This document shows positions 1 through 12,263 of a DNA stretch of 39,485 bases, one piece after another. A program made the position numbers and the translations under genes. This DNA comes from Lama guanicoe (Eukaryota), in the NCBI GenBank assembly GCA_013239625.1, contig PNXV01000813.1:1-39485 (forward strand), in the 5' to 3' direction. Every line of letters starts with the position of its first letter. Position 1 is the stretch's first letter. The notes beneath the pieces were generated by a model, which was not told where the DNA came from, did not search any database, and saw only the letters and a list, made by a program, of their open reading frames with translations.

Positions 1-1970
1 TGTCTCACAGGCCCCGATGACTCATCACAGTCAGCTCAGGAGTGGGGCTGGGGGTGGAGGGAGCAGAAAGGCAAAACAGAGCTAAATGATGCCCTTGGTG
101 TGGATCCCTGTCCAGATGGGGTGTGTAGGCACACGGACACAGCTGGCACCCATTAGAACGTGGGAAGGACGCATAGGAGGGTGTGGCCTGTTCAGGGTGA
201 GAAGGGCTGCAGAGTCACCAGGGAAAGGAGCAGGGGAGGCTGCGAATACCGAGGAGCCTTGCGGGTCATCAAAAAAGGTTTCCAAGTTTAGCCCGAGCAC
301 GCTGAGGCCGTATGAACAGGGCACAGAGGGGAATGGCGTGATGGGGCCCAGATTTCTGGAGGCCTGCAGCTGGGCAGAGCCCATCAGGACAAGGCAAGTG
401 AGTAGGAGGGGAGACGGGGGTTTGCTGACAGGGAGAGATGGAAACTGTGACGGGATGCGGGTGTGGGGATGGAGGTGGTTTGCAGGGCAGGGACTTGGAG
501 GCCACGATGTGATGGCATTGGCTGGGTCATCCGGTGGATGTGGAGTTCCCTGGGATAATAGTGGGCTCTGGGCTTTGGGCAGCATCAGTGTGGTAACCAA
601 GTATGCAGTGAATGAGGGACAGATGATGATCGTGGGGAAAAGGGCAGATGATGGCAGAGAAGAATGACAGGACGTGGGGCCCTGACATTGGGCAGGCTGG
701 GCTCTGGCAGAGGGGCTGGGGCCAGCCCTCTGGCATCGACCTGGCCGCCCCAGCCAGGAGTCTGCTGTTCGTAACAGGGAGCTGCACATTTGGTGGGAGG
801 CCTGTGGGTCAGACAAGTGGGCGCTGAAGACTTTGGGCAGTGCAGGTCCCCTCACCGCGCCAAGTATTCTCCCATCTCTCCAGGTTTTAAAGAAATATCT
901 CCAGCCTCCAGAAAGCAAGAACAAAGCTGTTACCACTGACAACCTGATAAAAGGGGACACAGAGCGGGCATGAAATCAACTAAGCGGTGAGACAAGTCTC
1001 CATCGTGTTTGTTCCATGAATTTACTAACCCTGATGTTTTAAAACTGATTTTTAAACTGGGCTAGTAAAGAAATGTAAGCTCTGAGCGCCATCTCCTGGA
1101 ATAACTTACTGTATCACGCCAACCTCTGGTCATCCTGTCCTCAACAAGCCCTTGGACACCTGACACCTGAGTCTATACCACAGAAAGGCCACTAGGGGGC
1201 ACTGTCGAAGATACCCATTTGGCCCACTGAGCCTTCTGCCCCCTGGGCTCCCAGGGTTAGGCTGCTGCCCATCTCTGAGACAGCCCCAAGCCCTGCCGCA
1301 CCCAGGCTGGGACTCCTGCCCCTGACCTCCTTCCCCATTATGGCCTCCTGATGGCATGATGAGAATCTCCCAGAGCTGGCCATCTGCTCCTTGAGCTAGA
1401 GTTTGCTTCCCTGGGATGCCTACCACCCACGGATAGCAGGGAAATAAAGAATGAAAGTCCAAGATTTCCAGTTACAAGGAATTGCACCTTTGGGTTGAGA
1501 ACCCCAGGTCATCTTGGGGCTCATGGGCTGCAATGCTGGGCATCTCGATGCCACTGGAGCCCCCAGAATCTCAAGGATCATGAGCGGGGACTGCCACCCA
1601 CACTTCCTTAGCTCTTCATCTGTCAAGGGAGATGATGAGTCTCCAAGGTCCTTCCTGATCTTGTAGCAAAAGTGGGTCCTGACCCAGCATTGCCTCAGAC
1701 TTACAGGAACTCATCCTGCAGGAGCTGCCTCCAAGGAGCCCCGACTGTGTGTGTGAGGGCAGGCAGCTGTGTGCGCATTCACATAGCTGCGGGCTCCACT
1801 GAGGGAGGGTGACCTGCCTGGGGTCGTCAACTCTCTGTAACAATGGAGCCGAGCAGGACCTGTGGCCTCTTTATCTACAAAGCCTGTAGGAGTCTTTTCC
1901 TAGGACCCCACTGACCCCCAGAACCCACCACTTGAAGAGGGGCTCGTGAGGGTGTCAGCTGATAAACGGC

Positions 1971-2536
1971 TGTTGTGGGCCGAGCTGTGTCCTCCCTAAA
2001 TTCACCTGTAGAAGTGCTAACTCCCAGGACATCAGAGTGTGACTGGAGATGTGGTCTTCAAAGAGGTAACTAACTTCAGGGAGGTCATACGGGTTGGCCC
2101 TCATCCAGTATAACTGGTATCTTTTTTTTAAACTGAAATATAGTCAGTTACAATGTGTCAATTTCTGGTGTATGGCGTACTATTTCAGTCATGCATATAC
2201 ATACATATTACTCATTATCATATTATTTTTCATTAAAGGTTATTACAGCATATTGATTATAATTCCCTGTGCTATACAGAAGAAATTTGTTCTTTTAATC
2301 TATTCTTTTGGGTGTCCTTTTAAGAAGAGAAAGTTAGGACACAGATGGATAGAGAGGGGGCACTGTGCAAAGACATAAGGAGAGTACGACCATCTACAAG
2401 CCAAAGAGAGAGGGCTCAGAAGGAACCCAGCAGATCCATTGATCTTGGACTTCTAGCCTCTAGAATTGTAAGAAAATAGGTATCTGTTGTTTAAACCACT
2501 CCGTCTCTGGTTTAGCAGCCCAAGCAAATGGATACA
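1971..2536 (+). mobile_element. MLT1A/B-type MaLR solo LTR, interrupted by an L1 3' fragment
   Basis: tg...ca termini; MLT1-like motifs tgtgtcctccctaaattca, ggtgtccttttaagaagag, tgatcttggacttctagcctctagaattgtaagaaaata, tgttgtttaaaccac. Confidence 0.82.
2122..2309 (-). mobile_element. 5'-truncated cetartiodactyl L1 3'UTR insertion
   Basis: T-tract then tgaaatatagtcagttacaatgtgtcaatttctggtgta...ttccctgtgctatacag; flanked by an imperfect TSD ggt(a/g)tc(t/c)tttt. Confidence 0.78.
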
Positions 2537-2952
2537 ATGGCTTCCCAGCCAAGTGTCAGGCATCCCTTGTTAACATTCTCTGCATTTACACAACCACTGA
2601 CTCTTACTCTTGCGACACAAAATCAAACAAAACCAACACGTTGACAAGGCCTCCCGTTCCCTGAGGGATGTCAGGGAGCGAGGTACAGAGTGGGTGTGTG
2701 TCCTCTTTAAACACCTGCAGTTGCTCTGGTCTCTGAATGGGGCCCAAATCAAACCACTGGGTCCCAGCCCACAGGGGTTAAGCACTCTCCTTAGTTCTTC
2801 CTTTTCTCATTGGCTCGTTTCTCTGAAATGCCTGTGCCTGGCATTTTGTGCCAGGGAAAGCCTTCTAATAAACAGCTTGGGAGACCGATGTGCTGGCGGA
2901 GACAGAACAGGCCCACGAGGGGGTGGGAGAGGCTTCACCGCCTCTGTCCCTG

Positions 2953-3318
2953 CTGTTGGCAGGACGCAGATCCGAGGCCCAAGCAGTGACAGGACAAATA
3001 AGTGGGGGAGGGCGTCCCAAGAAAGAGCAACTCCAGGTACAAATGCTTTGAAGGGTAAGAGTTGTGTGACCTCAGGGAGCCCAGCAGACAATTCCTGCAT
3101 ACATATACAGGGGCCATTCCAGCAAAACCTTGTTACTGTTGGCAGGACGCTGATCCGAGGCCCAAGCAGTGACAGGACAAATAAGTGGGGGAGGGCGTCC
3201 CAAGAAAGAGCAACTCCAGGTACAAATGCTTTGAAGGGTAAGAGTTGTGTGACCTCAGGGAGCCCGGCAGACAATTCCTGCATACATATACAGGGGCCAT
3301 TCCAGCAAAACCTTGTTT
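2953..3318. repeat. Tandem duplication, 2 x 183 bp
   Basis: Units 2953-3135 and 3136-3318 differ at two internal positions (gcaga/gctga; cccagcag/cccggcag) and the last base. Confidence 0.97.
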
Positions 3319-3324
3319 TTTATT
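3319..3324 (-). promoter_or_regulatory. Probable polyadenylation signal AATAAA of the ANTXRL-like transcript
   Basis: tttatt on + strand; the first canonical hexamer I found downstream of the stop, about 740 nt away. Confidence 0.5.
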
Positions 3325-4061
3325 TCGAACATAAGGAAAGTTATGGTCTTCACTGTCCATCTACTTCAATCCATACATATTCACAACCCAACCCTGACAT
3401 ACCTTTACCTATAGTGGTCTTACAGAAATTCAACTGAAAGGCACAAATGTAACAGTCAAGGAGCTGGAGGGGAGGGTGGAGAGTGTTTTAACTGACTATC
3501 AACATGGATTAGGGACAACTAGTTCTGATCCCCCTGGGGGCCCTTCCGGAAGTGCTCCCCGGGGCTGTGTGCGCGGTGCTTGGAGTAGTCAGAGACACCG
3601 TGTGCGCACGCTGGGTGGTGGGGAGGACACTGAACGCTAAAACATCTCTGTCGGGAGCACGGTTTCTTCTACGGTGGCAGATGGCAAGTAACAGAGGTTG
3701 AACTTCTCCAGAGAAATGGAGAGACTCCTCCAAAACTCCCCTGGGCTTGGAGACAGTTTGGGGGAATCTGGAAAGAGAAGGTGCACTTCCAGCTGGGGAA
3801 CAGTAGAGGGCGTCATTTCTTTCTGGGACACATTTGGAGTGCCGGTAGCCAAAAAATGGAAACCAGGAAAACGGAGTGAAGCAGGTGAGAAATTCAAGTA
3901 TTCCTCTCTGCATAAGATTAGGGAAGGAGACACAGGATTGTATTAATATTTCAAGGATGTTTGGGGCTTTGTTCAAAGGGCAGAATTTGGCTATAACCGC
4001 ATGCATCACAGCCCTTGGTGACAAATGAACACGCAGCCGTTGGGAGTGGGACACATCATGT

Positions 4062-4277
4062 CTACTTCCTCAGGACAATAGGGTGCGAGGGGGCAGGGGG
4101 GTGGATCAGTGGCAGCATCCTGGAGGGAAGCCTGGGGCACATGGACAGGGGGTGTTGGCACCGTGAGCAGAAGTTCTTGATGGGGAAGCGCTCCCGGCTG
4201 GGCTGAACGCAGATCTTGGGGCTGCAGGGCAGCTGCCCACAGTGGGGCTTCATTAGGGCGACACTGATGCATCTCCC
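4062..4277 (-). pseudogene. ANTXRL: ANTXRL-like last coding exon 17 (Cys/Pro-rich tail) to TAG
   Basis: (ct)n ccccactgcag|GGG AGA TGC...; GRCISVALMKPHCGQLPCSPKICVQPSRERFPIKNFCSRCQHPLSMCPRLPSRMLPLIHPPAPSHPIVLRK*. Confidence 0.92.
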
Positions 4278-4729
4278 CTGCAGTGGGGAGAGAGAGAGAG
4301 AGAAGGTCACTAGAACCCGCTGGAATTGGGAGCAGAAGGCTGTGGTTTCCCTGGTCTCTGGGGCCTGCTGATCGCCTTCTCTGCTCGAGCCCACCCTTTT
4401 CCTGCTGCCCAGAGTCTCACTGATCCCCCTGCTGCGTCTGTCTGGGCCTGCTGGTCCCCAGAAAGGCCCACCAGTCCCCACAGGGGCTCCATGTGGTGTG
4501 CAGGCTTCCCGCTTCCATGAACCTGTCACTTAGGCATGAAGTGTCACCTTGAGTGCCTGTGGGTGACAAAGGCCACTGAACGCTGCCTTCTCCTCCTGGG
4601 ACTGTCATTTTCCTCACCCCAGGTTTTAAAATCCTCAGCAACCCTTTAGAATAATGGTGGTTTTCCCCAGTAATGTAGCCACACTGGGAAAACAGAACAC
4701 CTAAACCCTCTTGAATTTTTCACAAGCTC

Positions 4730-4771
4730 TTTTTTTTTAATGAAGCACTGGGGGTTGAACTCAGGACCTCG
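4730..4771 (-). mobile_element. Truncated camelid Vic-1-like SINE fragment (B-box and tail)
   Basis: tttttttttaatgaagcactgggggttgaactcaggacctcg resembles the 3' half of the SINE at 17574-17696. Confidence 0.6.
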
Positions 4772-5057
4772 TTCAGACAGCAGTGGAGACCCCAGGAGAT
4801 GACAGGGCCCCTGAGCCTGCTATGTGGACATAAGGGGGTACAGGACGTAGCTGGGGGCTTGAGAAGTGACAGTGTCCTTCCCCTCTGGTTTTCTATTAAT
4901 GAAGAGATCTAAGCCAGTGACCAATCGCTTCTTACACCAGCTCAGCCTCAGCGAAGGGATGTTTCTTGACACAACTGGCAAGTGGTTGATTGAACCTTAA
5001 CTTCCAGTGCTTTGGAGCTTTGGCTCCAATTCTGGATTTCCTGCTTGCTACATAAGG

Positions 5058-5058
<1 letters not shown>

Positions 5059-5100
<42 letters not shown>
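5059..5100. repeat. (TG)21 microsatellite
   Basis: Perfect dinucleotide run. Confidence 0.98.
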
Positions 5101-5103
<3 letters not shown>

Positions 5104-5699
5104 AGTCGGGGTGCAGGGGTCGTCAAGCCTGCTTCCATCGCTATCCCAAAGTCATGATCTGAGAGTTTCCTGAAGCACAGCTGTCAAGCTAGGACTTCCT
5201 GGAGGGCTGAAGCCCTGTCCCAGCTTTTATCACACACACCCCTGTGGGCGGGGTCAAAGCACAAGGACTCAGGACCTCCTTGGCCATGAGCGCATCACAC
5301 GGCCTGTCTGCAGCTCTAATCATTACTCTGGACAACTGTTTTCAGCAAATACATGTGAGCTCAAATTTGGACGTAGTCTGCAAACAACACAGTGTGAAAA
5401 TAAGACATTAATATTCACAATTGTTTGCAAGAGGAAGGAAGAACTTTCCAGACATTTCTCTATCTCCCTGACAGCAGGGTACAGGAGACATAGACTGGGC
5501 TGGGAAGTGAGACTCCCCTGGGGTCCTTTGCAGCCCCGCTAACCCCTCCATAGCCCTGTCACATTGAGCTTATCACGAAATGTCAGAGCCTCAGTTTCTT
5601 CAGGTTCAGCTTCAAAATGCAGAGCAGTGCCCACTTGGCTGGACAGAGAGGCAGCCACGCTCGCAGGGAGGAGTTGGGCACCGGGCTGTTGGTGCTGGT

Positions 5700-5830
5700 C
5701 TTCCTGCTTCATGGCTGTGTGACTGGGCAGGTGACTCCACTGAGTAGGGGTCAGCTTCCTCCTCCACCCAGTTGTTGGAAGGATGAAAAGCATGAGCTTG
5801 TGTAAAGTGCTCAGTGTCTGGCCATCCCTG
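5700..5830 (+). mobile_element. MIR SINE remnant
   Basis: ggctgtgtgactgggcaggtgactc...tcagcttcctc...gtaaagtgctcag; boundaries approximate. Confidence 0.6.
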
Positions 5831-6131
5831 CTCCGTATAAACCACTGCTGTTAATTGTGACAATGAAGTGAGATCCTCAGGTAAAGGGCCTCGTGTGGTG
5901 GCGACATCACCCAGGCTGTACTCTCTGGGGACACTTATATCACTGTCAGCATCACGTTCAGTGAGACAGGGGAGGGCTTCCCACTTTTACGTGATTTTCC
6001 TCATGGATCTAGGAGATCTGATTTCCATGAACTGAGTGGGCTGCCCTGGGAAAGGCGGTGAAGGAAGAGAATCAGGACCTCGGGTGGGAGTCAGGGTTTG
6101 GCTCAAGACTAAGAAATTAGACTGTCTGATT

Positions 6132-6183
6132 GCAGCAGCAGCAGCAGCAGCAGCAGCATCTGCATCATCATCATCTGCATCAT
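6132..6183. repeat. (GCA)9 followed by a degenerate (TCA)n tract
   Basis: Perfect (GCA)9 at 6132-6158, then tctgcatcatcatcatctgcatcat. Confidence 0.95.
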
Positions 6184-7339
6184 TGCGTATCTGTGTGCAG
6201 GGAGAGGTGGTCTGGAAGGGACCGTTATTAGAAAACTTCCTCTGGGGATTAGAAAGCGGGGCGGGGTCGGGCAGAGAGATATAGCAAACAAGACTAACTA
6301 CTTCTGCTGCAAAACCGCTGAGGTTTTTGGTAAACTGAGCCTCTGGGAACGTCCTGCATTGTACTGTGCTGAAGTACAAAACATCTGGATTCACTGAAAC
6401 AAGCAGCGGACCAGGCTTTTACAAGGCAATGGCTCCTACAAGTTCACCACCAGACTCCACTGCTAACTCCTGAGCACTTGCCCATCGGCAGGCCTGACTG
6501 CAGTTCCCACCCAGAATGAGCAGTTTGGTATCCGCCTCCCCTGTAGATCAGGGCCTGGATGGAGGAGAGAGAGGCTGAGCACCGCACTGCCAGGAACCGC
6601 CTGCTCTGCGGCTTCTGTTCTCCAGCATAGCCTGGTGAAGAGGGCCTGGGGGAGGTTCTGTCTGAGGAGAGCTCCTGGAAGGGGCTGCAGGGCACATGAG
6701 GTGGCCTGCAGTGAGGGGACAAATGGCTTACGTCTGTCCTGGCAGGACATCTGACCAACGCCCCCTATCCCCCTGCCTGGGCCAGGCCGGGCTAGGCCGA
6801 GTGCCCCAAACTCAGTCTTGCAGAGTTTCCCACTGAGATGTGCTCTCTCCTCTGACTCCAGACCATCTCTCACTCAGAGAGCCTGTGGCTCAGGTAAGAA
6901 GAACACGAGGCCATTTCCGAGTAATGTGTCCCCAAGCAGCCTGGCAGATCGAGTTCTCAGTCCCAGCCTTCCTTGCGTGGAAGCAGCATTCTCCACCTGC
7001 TTGTCCTGGAGCCTCTCCCCAGAACAACACTCTGCACACTCAGGGCTGGGGCTGGGGCTGATTGGTTTGCAGAGATTCAGGTTCCAGCTGACACCCCACC
7101 TCTTAGTCCGCGACTCGCTTTAAGGCCTGGGACCAATGCACTGAAGGCTTCATGAGAAGGAGCCAGGACTCCCGCACCTGCTGGAATTCGGGGTACCCAC
7201 AGAAATCCTACAACACTCGGGTCTCCAGAATGACGGTTGGGAGGGATGAGGTTGGGGGGATGGGGCAGAGAAGTTGGGGGGCACATCCACAAGGCAGAAG
7301 AGTTACAGGCCCCCAGCCCCTCTCAGGAGGAGCAGGTTG

Positions 7340-7425
7340 ATTTCAGGCAGCTCCGGCTGCTGCCACTTACTCTCCCGGTGGCCTTGGCAACTTCCCTGAC
7401 CTCTCAGGCCTCAGTTTTGCCTTCA
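7340..7425 (+). mobile_element. MIR SINE remnant
   Basis: ctgccacttact...ggccttggcaacttccctgacctctcaggcctcagttt; approximate. Confidence 0.6.
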
Positions 7426-8309
7426 GCAAGCACACAGGTCACTGCGAGCTCACACTGCTGGGGGGACTGGAGAGCTGGCATTCAGGGTCCCGACAGAGCC
7501 CTGGGCAGCTGTAAGGGCCCCTAACCCATCACTCTGCCACCCTCACAACCTGAGCTTCCAAGAGCGGCCCTTGGAATGTTCCTGTTTCAGAGAGGGGCTC
7601 AGCGCCCCTGCCCTCACCTCGCAGGGCAGGAGGCCATTTCTGAAATCTTCCCCTTGTCCACCCACGGTCTCTTGCCTCCCTCTGCTTCAACCCTCTGTCT
7701 GGCTCTGTCCCTCCTGCTCCTGAGTGGGTATCTCTGAGTGGGGGGTCTCCACTGTTCAGGGCATAAGGCTGGTGTGGGGGCTCCCCTGACTGCAATAGGG
7801 CTGTGGTTGTGGGGAGAGACTCCAGGAGAATGCAGCTTCCATGTAAGTAAGCCTGGGACTGAGAACTCAATTCAGACCCAGGGCTGGGTCCCAGCTGCCC
7901 TGACACCTCTGTCACCAGACTATGTCTTACTGGGTGTGTGCACGTCTCTAGTGTGTCATCAGCAGTGTCCAGGGGCTTTCAGGCCTGTGCAGAGCTTCTT
8001 AATACCCCTTGCCCAGTCACCAAGCCAGTGTTTGCATGATTCAGAGAATGCGGTTAATTCAGCCCTCATTACAGACCCTGGGACCACAGTGTCCTCTGAG
8101 CCCCTGGCCCCATCTGTGCAGAGGGGCTGAGCATGGGGACACCCCCATGGAATATGATGTACAGGCGGATGACTCCCAGGTGAAGCAGGAGCACCGCCCT
8201 CCTAGGATCTGGAGGCCTGAGTAGGGCAGCCGTCTCGAGGTCTGGAAATAACCATCATGAGACCATGTGCTGATCCAAAAGGGGGCAAAGCAGTAAAAAG
8301 GGTGGGACC

Positions 8310-8525
8310 AGGTTCGGGGCTTAAATCCAGTTCTGCCTCTCCCATCCTAAGTGACCTGGGAAAAGCCACTCAGCCTCTCTGTGGTTCAGTCCCCCTTTGG
8401 TAAAGCTGGGATAAGCAGGACTTACACTCACAGTTACTGGGAGAATCAGAGCAGTGAAAACATGTGAAGCTCTTAGCCGAGCACCCGGCCCACAGAAAGG
8501 ATTCAGTAAAATTATCTGCCATTGT
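8310..8525 (+). mobile_element. MIR SINE
   Basis: ttaaatccagttctgcc...gtgacctgggaaaagccactcagcctctctgtg...catgtgaagctcttagc...cagtaaaattatc; approximate. Confidence 0.75.
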
Positions 8526-9072
8526 ATTAAATTCCAAGGCTGACAGCTGGAACAATCTGGCTTCTCCCCGTTGTCACAGGCACCGACACAGGAGGGCATC
8601 TTTACTGTCTGGTAAAAGCAGCCAGTGTTGCCAGACAACACTGGGGACGGGGTGTCACCATGTCCCCCACCATGTCTCACCATGTCACTCCTGGCACCTG
8701 AGTGACCAGCCCGGGAGGGCCTCATGGATGGGGCGCAGCCAGCAGTCCCACAGGGCCAGGTGGGCAGTGGGGAGGGACTAGGAGGCCAGCAGGACTCTCT
8801 GCCTGCCCTCCTCTCCAGCCCTGTCTACTGAAGATCAGAAGTGCTGAGTGCTGCTCTGGGTAAGAAAGTTCCTGACACACCCAGGACGAGGACGCAGGGG
8901 AAATGTGTTGAGAATCACCCCGGGGGGGCTCATGAGCACCAGGTCTCCACGTCTTGGGCGTCTCTCTTGGCAGATGCCCAGACAGGGCTCTCTGACCCAG
9001 AGTCCCAGGGGCAATAGTCAAGGGCAAAGACAAGACCCCAGCCCACGGGGAGTGACCCTGTGCCCTGCTTAC

Positions 9073-9150
9073 CACGGCCCTGGGCGGGCGCCACATCACT
9101 GGTGCCTGGCTGCAGCGCTGAACAAAGTCACACAAATGATCCAGTTTTCC
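9073..9150 (-). pseudogene. ANTXRL: ANTXRL-like exon 16; open
   Basis: cttttttcag|GGA AAA CTG GAT...GCC GTG|gtaagc; 78 nt; GKLDHLCDFVQRCSQAPVMWRPPRAV. Confidence 0.92.
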
Positions 9151-9560
9151 CTGAAAAAAGGTGTGGTTGTGAGGAATCTACAGGCATAGACGCTGCCACT
9201 AGAGGGGTCGTGTCCCCTCTGACTCGAGATGGCCTTCCAGGGCTCTGTCCCCACCACCACCACCAAGACAGCACCATAGCCTCCACCTGGAGCCACCCCC
9301 GCCCCGAACATCCAGAACCCTGGCCCCAGCCTGACAGGGAAATGCATTTGCTAGGAACCCTGGTGGTGGTGCGAGCATGAGCCCGCATACATTTTGGCGT
9401 CTCTTGGGCCACTAGGTCAGGAGGCCTTTGGCTCTTCTCTGGTACTCAGTGACTGCAGTCCACAGCCCGTAGCTCATTCCCACTCGGGCCGTGCCTTACA
9501 GGCCCAGGCCTGTGCACGAAGTGGCTCCCCTCCCCTCCTGCTCCCCAGGGCCCTTCTCAC

Positions 9561-9647
9561 CTCCATCCGTTCCATCCGGCCTCCTTGGCATCCACAGGGG
9601 ACAATCACCGTGGGGCATGTCTGCATGGGACATGTCTCCTCAGGCTC
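9561..9647 (-). pseudogene. ANTXRL: ANTXRL-like exon 15; open
   Basis: tttctcttcctag|GAG CCT GAG...ATG GAG|gtgaga; 87 nt; EPEETCPMQTCPTVIVPCGCQGGRMERME. Confidence 0.92.
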
Positions 9648-10779
9648 CTAGGAAGAGAAAACCCTGTCTGCTTCCTTATCTGGCAGCTCCTGGCTGCAGA
9701 CACATGACATCTGTTGCCCCAGCACCTGTCAAGTTCTGGTCACTCAGGGAATCTTTGCTGGAGAATCAAGGACAGATGAGCAGTGGCGAGCACAGTAAGA
9801 GAGTGTCCTCCGTGTAAGACACACGCTTCTGCTTCACAGAGATGGGCCTCCTCCAAAGGCCAGCAAACTCTGTCCTGTCCCCTTGGTGCCCGGAGCCGCC
9901 CTTGTTGGAGAAGCTGGGCCTGGGGCTGTGTCTCACATTGGAGGCTGTGGGGGGCGGGTCATGAGCAGGGACAGGTTGGTACTCACCGAACACTGGCAGA
10001 TCCAGTGTCCCCAGGCCACACTGCAACCAGCGCAGATGCCATCCCAGGCAGTGACCCTGTTTCCCACCAGATCTCAGGCCCAGGTCCCCTTTCTTGGGAC
10101 ACAGTGCCCCTGCTCCAACTGCCTCTTATGGGCCCTGGTTTGGGCACCCGCCCTGGTCAGTCACAGCTGCTCCCCTGCCCCTTGGTCCCTGGGCTCGCCT
10201 GGGCTGCACCCCCTTCACAGCTCAATGCCCTCCTCCCTCCCCTCTCCTCGGCCCCATGTCCTTAAAGGTCACCCCCAGCCAAGACCCTCATGCTGACAAC
10301 AGACTGAGATGGAGACCAAGGGAACGGAGCCCAACGGACTCAGAGCCTGGAGAAGGGGGACCAGGTCCCTGAAACCTGAGGGTCCTTTTCCAAAAGCTCA
10401 CCTGAGTCCTGGGGAAGGACCATCCTAGAAACATCCCTTGGGAATTGACAAAAAGCCCATTTATTTCAGTAGGGATCATAGCTGTTCCTGAAACAGGCCA
10501 CTATGCGTTGCTGATTCGGTGACAAAGGCTCTGAATGAGGCCGTGCTGGGAACATGGGGAGTGTGTTGTCTGGGTGATACTGGTGAGTCCCATGTCCTCC
10601 CGGGGGTCCCTCTGTGCCTCTCTGTCACCATCCTCTTGCTGCCAGCTCTCCCTGCCCAGGCAGGTGGGAGCTGGGGGGGTGGGGGGGACATATCCCCATC
10701 GGCGGCCGGAGGCCTCCCTGTGTGGGTCAGTGTATGCATCAGGCAGGCTGACAACATCAGGACCAAACACACCGCTTAC

Positions 10780-10818
10780 CTTTGCTCTTTCCTGGGTCGG
10801 TGGTGGCTCCTTGACAGT
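10780..10818 (-). pseudogene. ANTXRL: ANTXRL-like exon 14 (juxtamembrane tail); open
   Basis: cttccattctag|ACT GTC AAG GAG CCA...GCA AAG|gtaagc; 39 nt; TVKEPPPTQERAK. Confidence 0.93.
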
Positions 10819-12263
10819 CTAGAATGGAAGTGATCAAAATTCAAGCGATCAAAGTCCAGTGCCCATAAAGTTTATCTCCACCGAAGTGACACCTTTGGGG
10901 ACAGGTCTCTGGCATGAACTGGCTCCTTCTCCTCCCACCACAGCCTGGGGGTCACAGTTCCCTCCATGATGGCTCTTCTCACCTCCATCCATCTCTTTCC
11001 TGCCTACTTGGTATCAGAGAGGGACAACCACTGTGGGGCACGGTGACATAATCATAGGTTGGAAGGGGCCTGTGGGGCTCTGGCTCAGCTTTGCAGACAG
11101 GAGGGGACCCTGCTCAGTGGCAGCAGGGGGACAGAACATGGGCTTTGGGGTCTCAGTCTGGGTGTCCCTTGCCTGAAGGTTTGTAACCATCAGGCTCCAC
11201 CTCCCCGAGCCTCAGGCTCCTCAGTTATTAAGGGGAGTAGGCCCCTCCCTGTAGGGCCGAGGGGGAGGCAGGCAGACTAAGGCGCCTGGTCCCTGGTAGA
11301 AGCCCCCCCGGGAGTCTCAGCAGCAGCCCTGACGTCATACGAAGACAAGAGAGCACTCCCACCCCTTCCTCCTCCCCCCTCACCTCCCCCCCCCGCAGCC
11401 CCGGCCTCCCAGCCCTCAGGGGTGCCAGTCCGCCCCCCTCCCCCAGAGTCTCTCTCCTCATGTCTCCTCTTGTAGAAACCCGACCTGCTGCTTCTCTGCT
11501 GGTTGGCATGTCCTTTCTCAGCTCTGCTTTGTCCTCTTCCTCACTCAGCTCTCTGGCCCCCTCCCTGGGCCAGTCTCTGTCCTTGGCTACTGGCCTGTCC
11601 TGATAAGGACACCTGCCACACCCCCTGAAGGGGACATTTACCCTCAATGCCCCCCAGGCTTCCACACCAGACCAGCCACCAGGGTGTGAGCTCCTGTGGG
11701 CAGGAGTGGGGCTGCTTCATTTCTGTCTCTCTGGGCCCAGGACGGAGCCCTGCACATCCTGGTGACACAGTCATGACTGAGGAAGGAGTGATGGAAGGCA
11801 CTAGAGAAGTGGAGGGACTGTGCTGTCTTCAAAGGCACAGCTGTCCCCAAGGTTAGCATCCACTCGGCCAGGGTCCTCCTCCCTTTGGGCCATCGGTGCC
11901 CCCTGCAGACCCCTCTTCTTCCCCCAAGAGCAGAGGCCCCTCCAGCCTTGGTCCTCCTGAGTCCCCCAGAAGCCTGACTGCTGTGAAGCAGCCCTGGTCT
12001 CAGGGACCTGGGGTCCCTTCTCCTCAGGCCTGGGATAGCCCATAGGCCACCACCTCCCTGTGAAAGCAGGAGGCAGGTGGCCCCCTGGAAGCCCAGGCTG
12101 TGTCTGTCCCGGATGAAAGGCAGAGTCTGTGCCTTGTTTGCTGGTTGAGGACCTGGAGCTGATGGGAACCTGCCCACAGGCAGTGTCCTGGGGCAGACAC
12201 TTGTCTGGTCCCCGGGGGGTTGATGAGGGCTGGACACAGGCTGTGCGGGCAGGGGTCACTCAC

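Noticed and set aside
82..960. 292-aa minus ORF and overlapping 193-aa plus ORF
   Set aside because: Low-complexity P/S/G-rich translations from purine-skewed DNA; no recognisable domain or splice structure.
2953..3318. Direct repeats here and at 27292-27461 as a CRISPR-like array
   Set aside because: Only two adjacent copies with no spacers, in eukaryotic DNA.
2610..3437. 275-aa ORF with a 61-aa internal repeat
   Set aside because: Explained by the 183-bp tandem duplication; no protein motif.
5987..6394. ORF with poly-Asp/poly-Ala
   Set aside because: Product of the trinucleotide microsatellite; no homology recognised.
7126..7148. Peptide PGTNALK shared with ORF 2610..3437
   Set aside because: Seven residues in two spurious ORFs with no flanking similarity; treated as coincidence.
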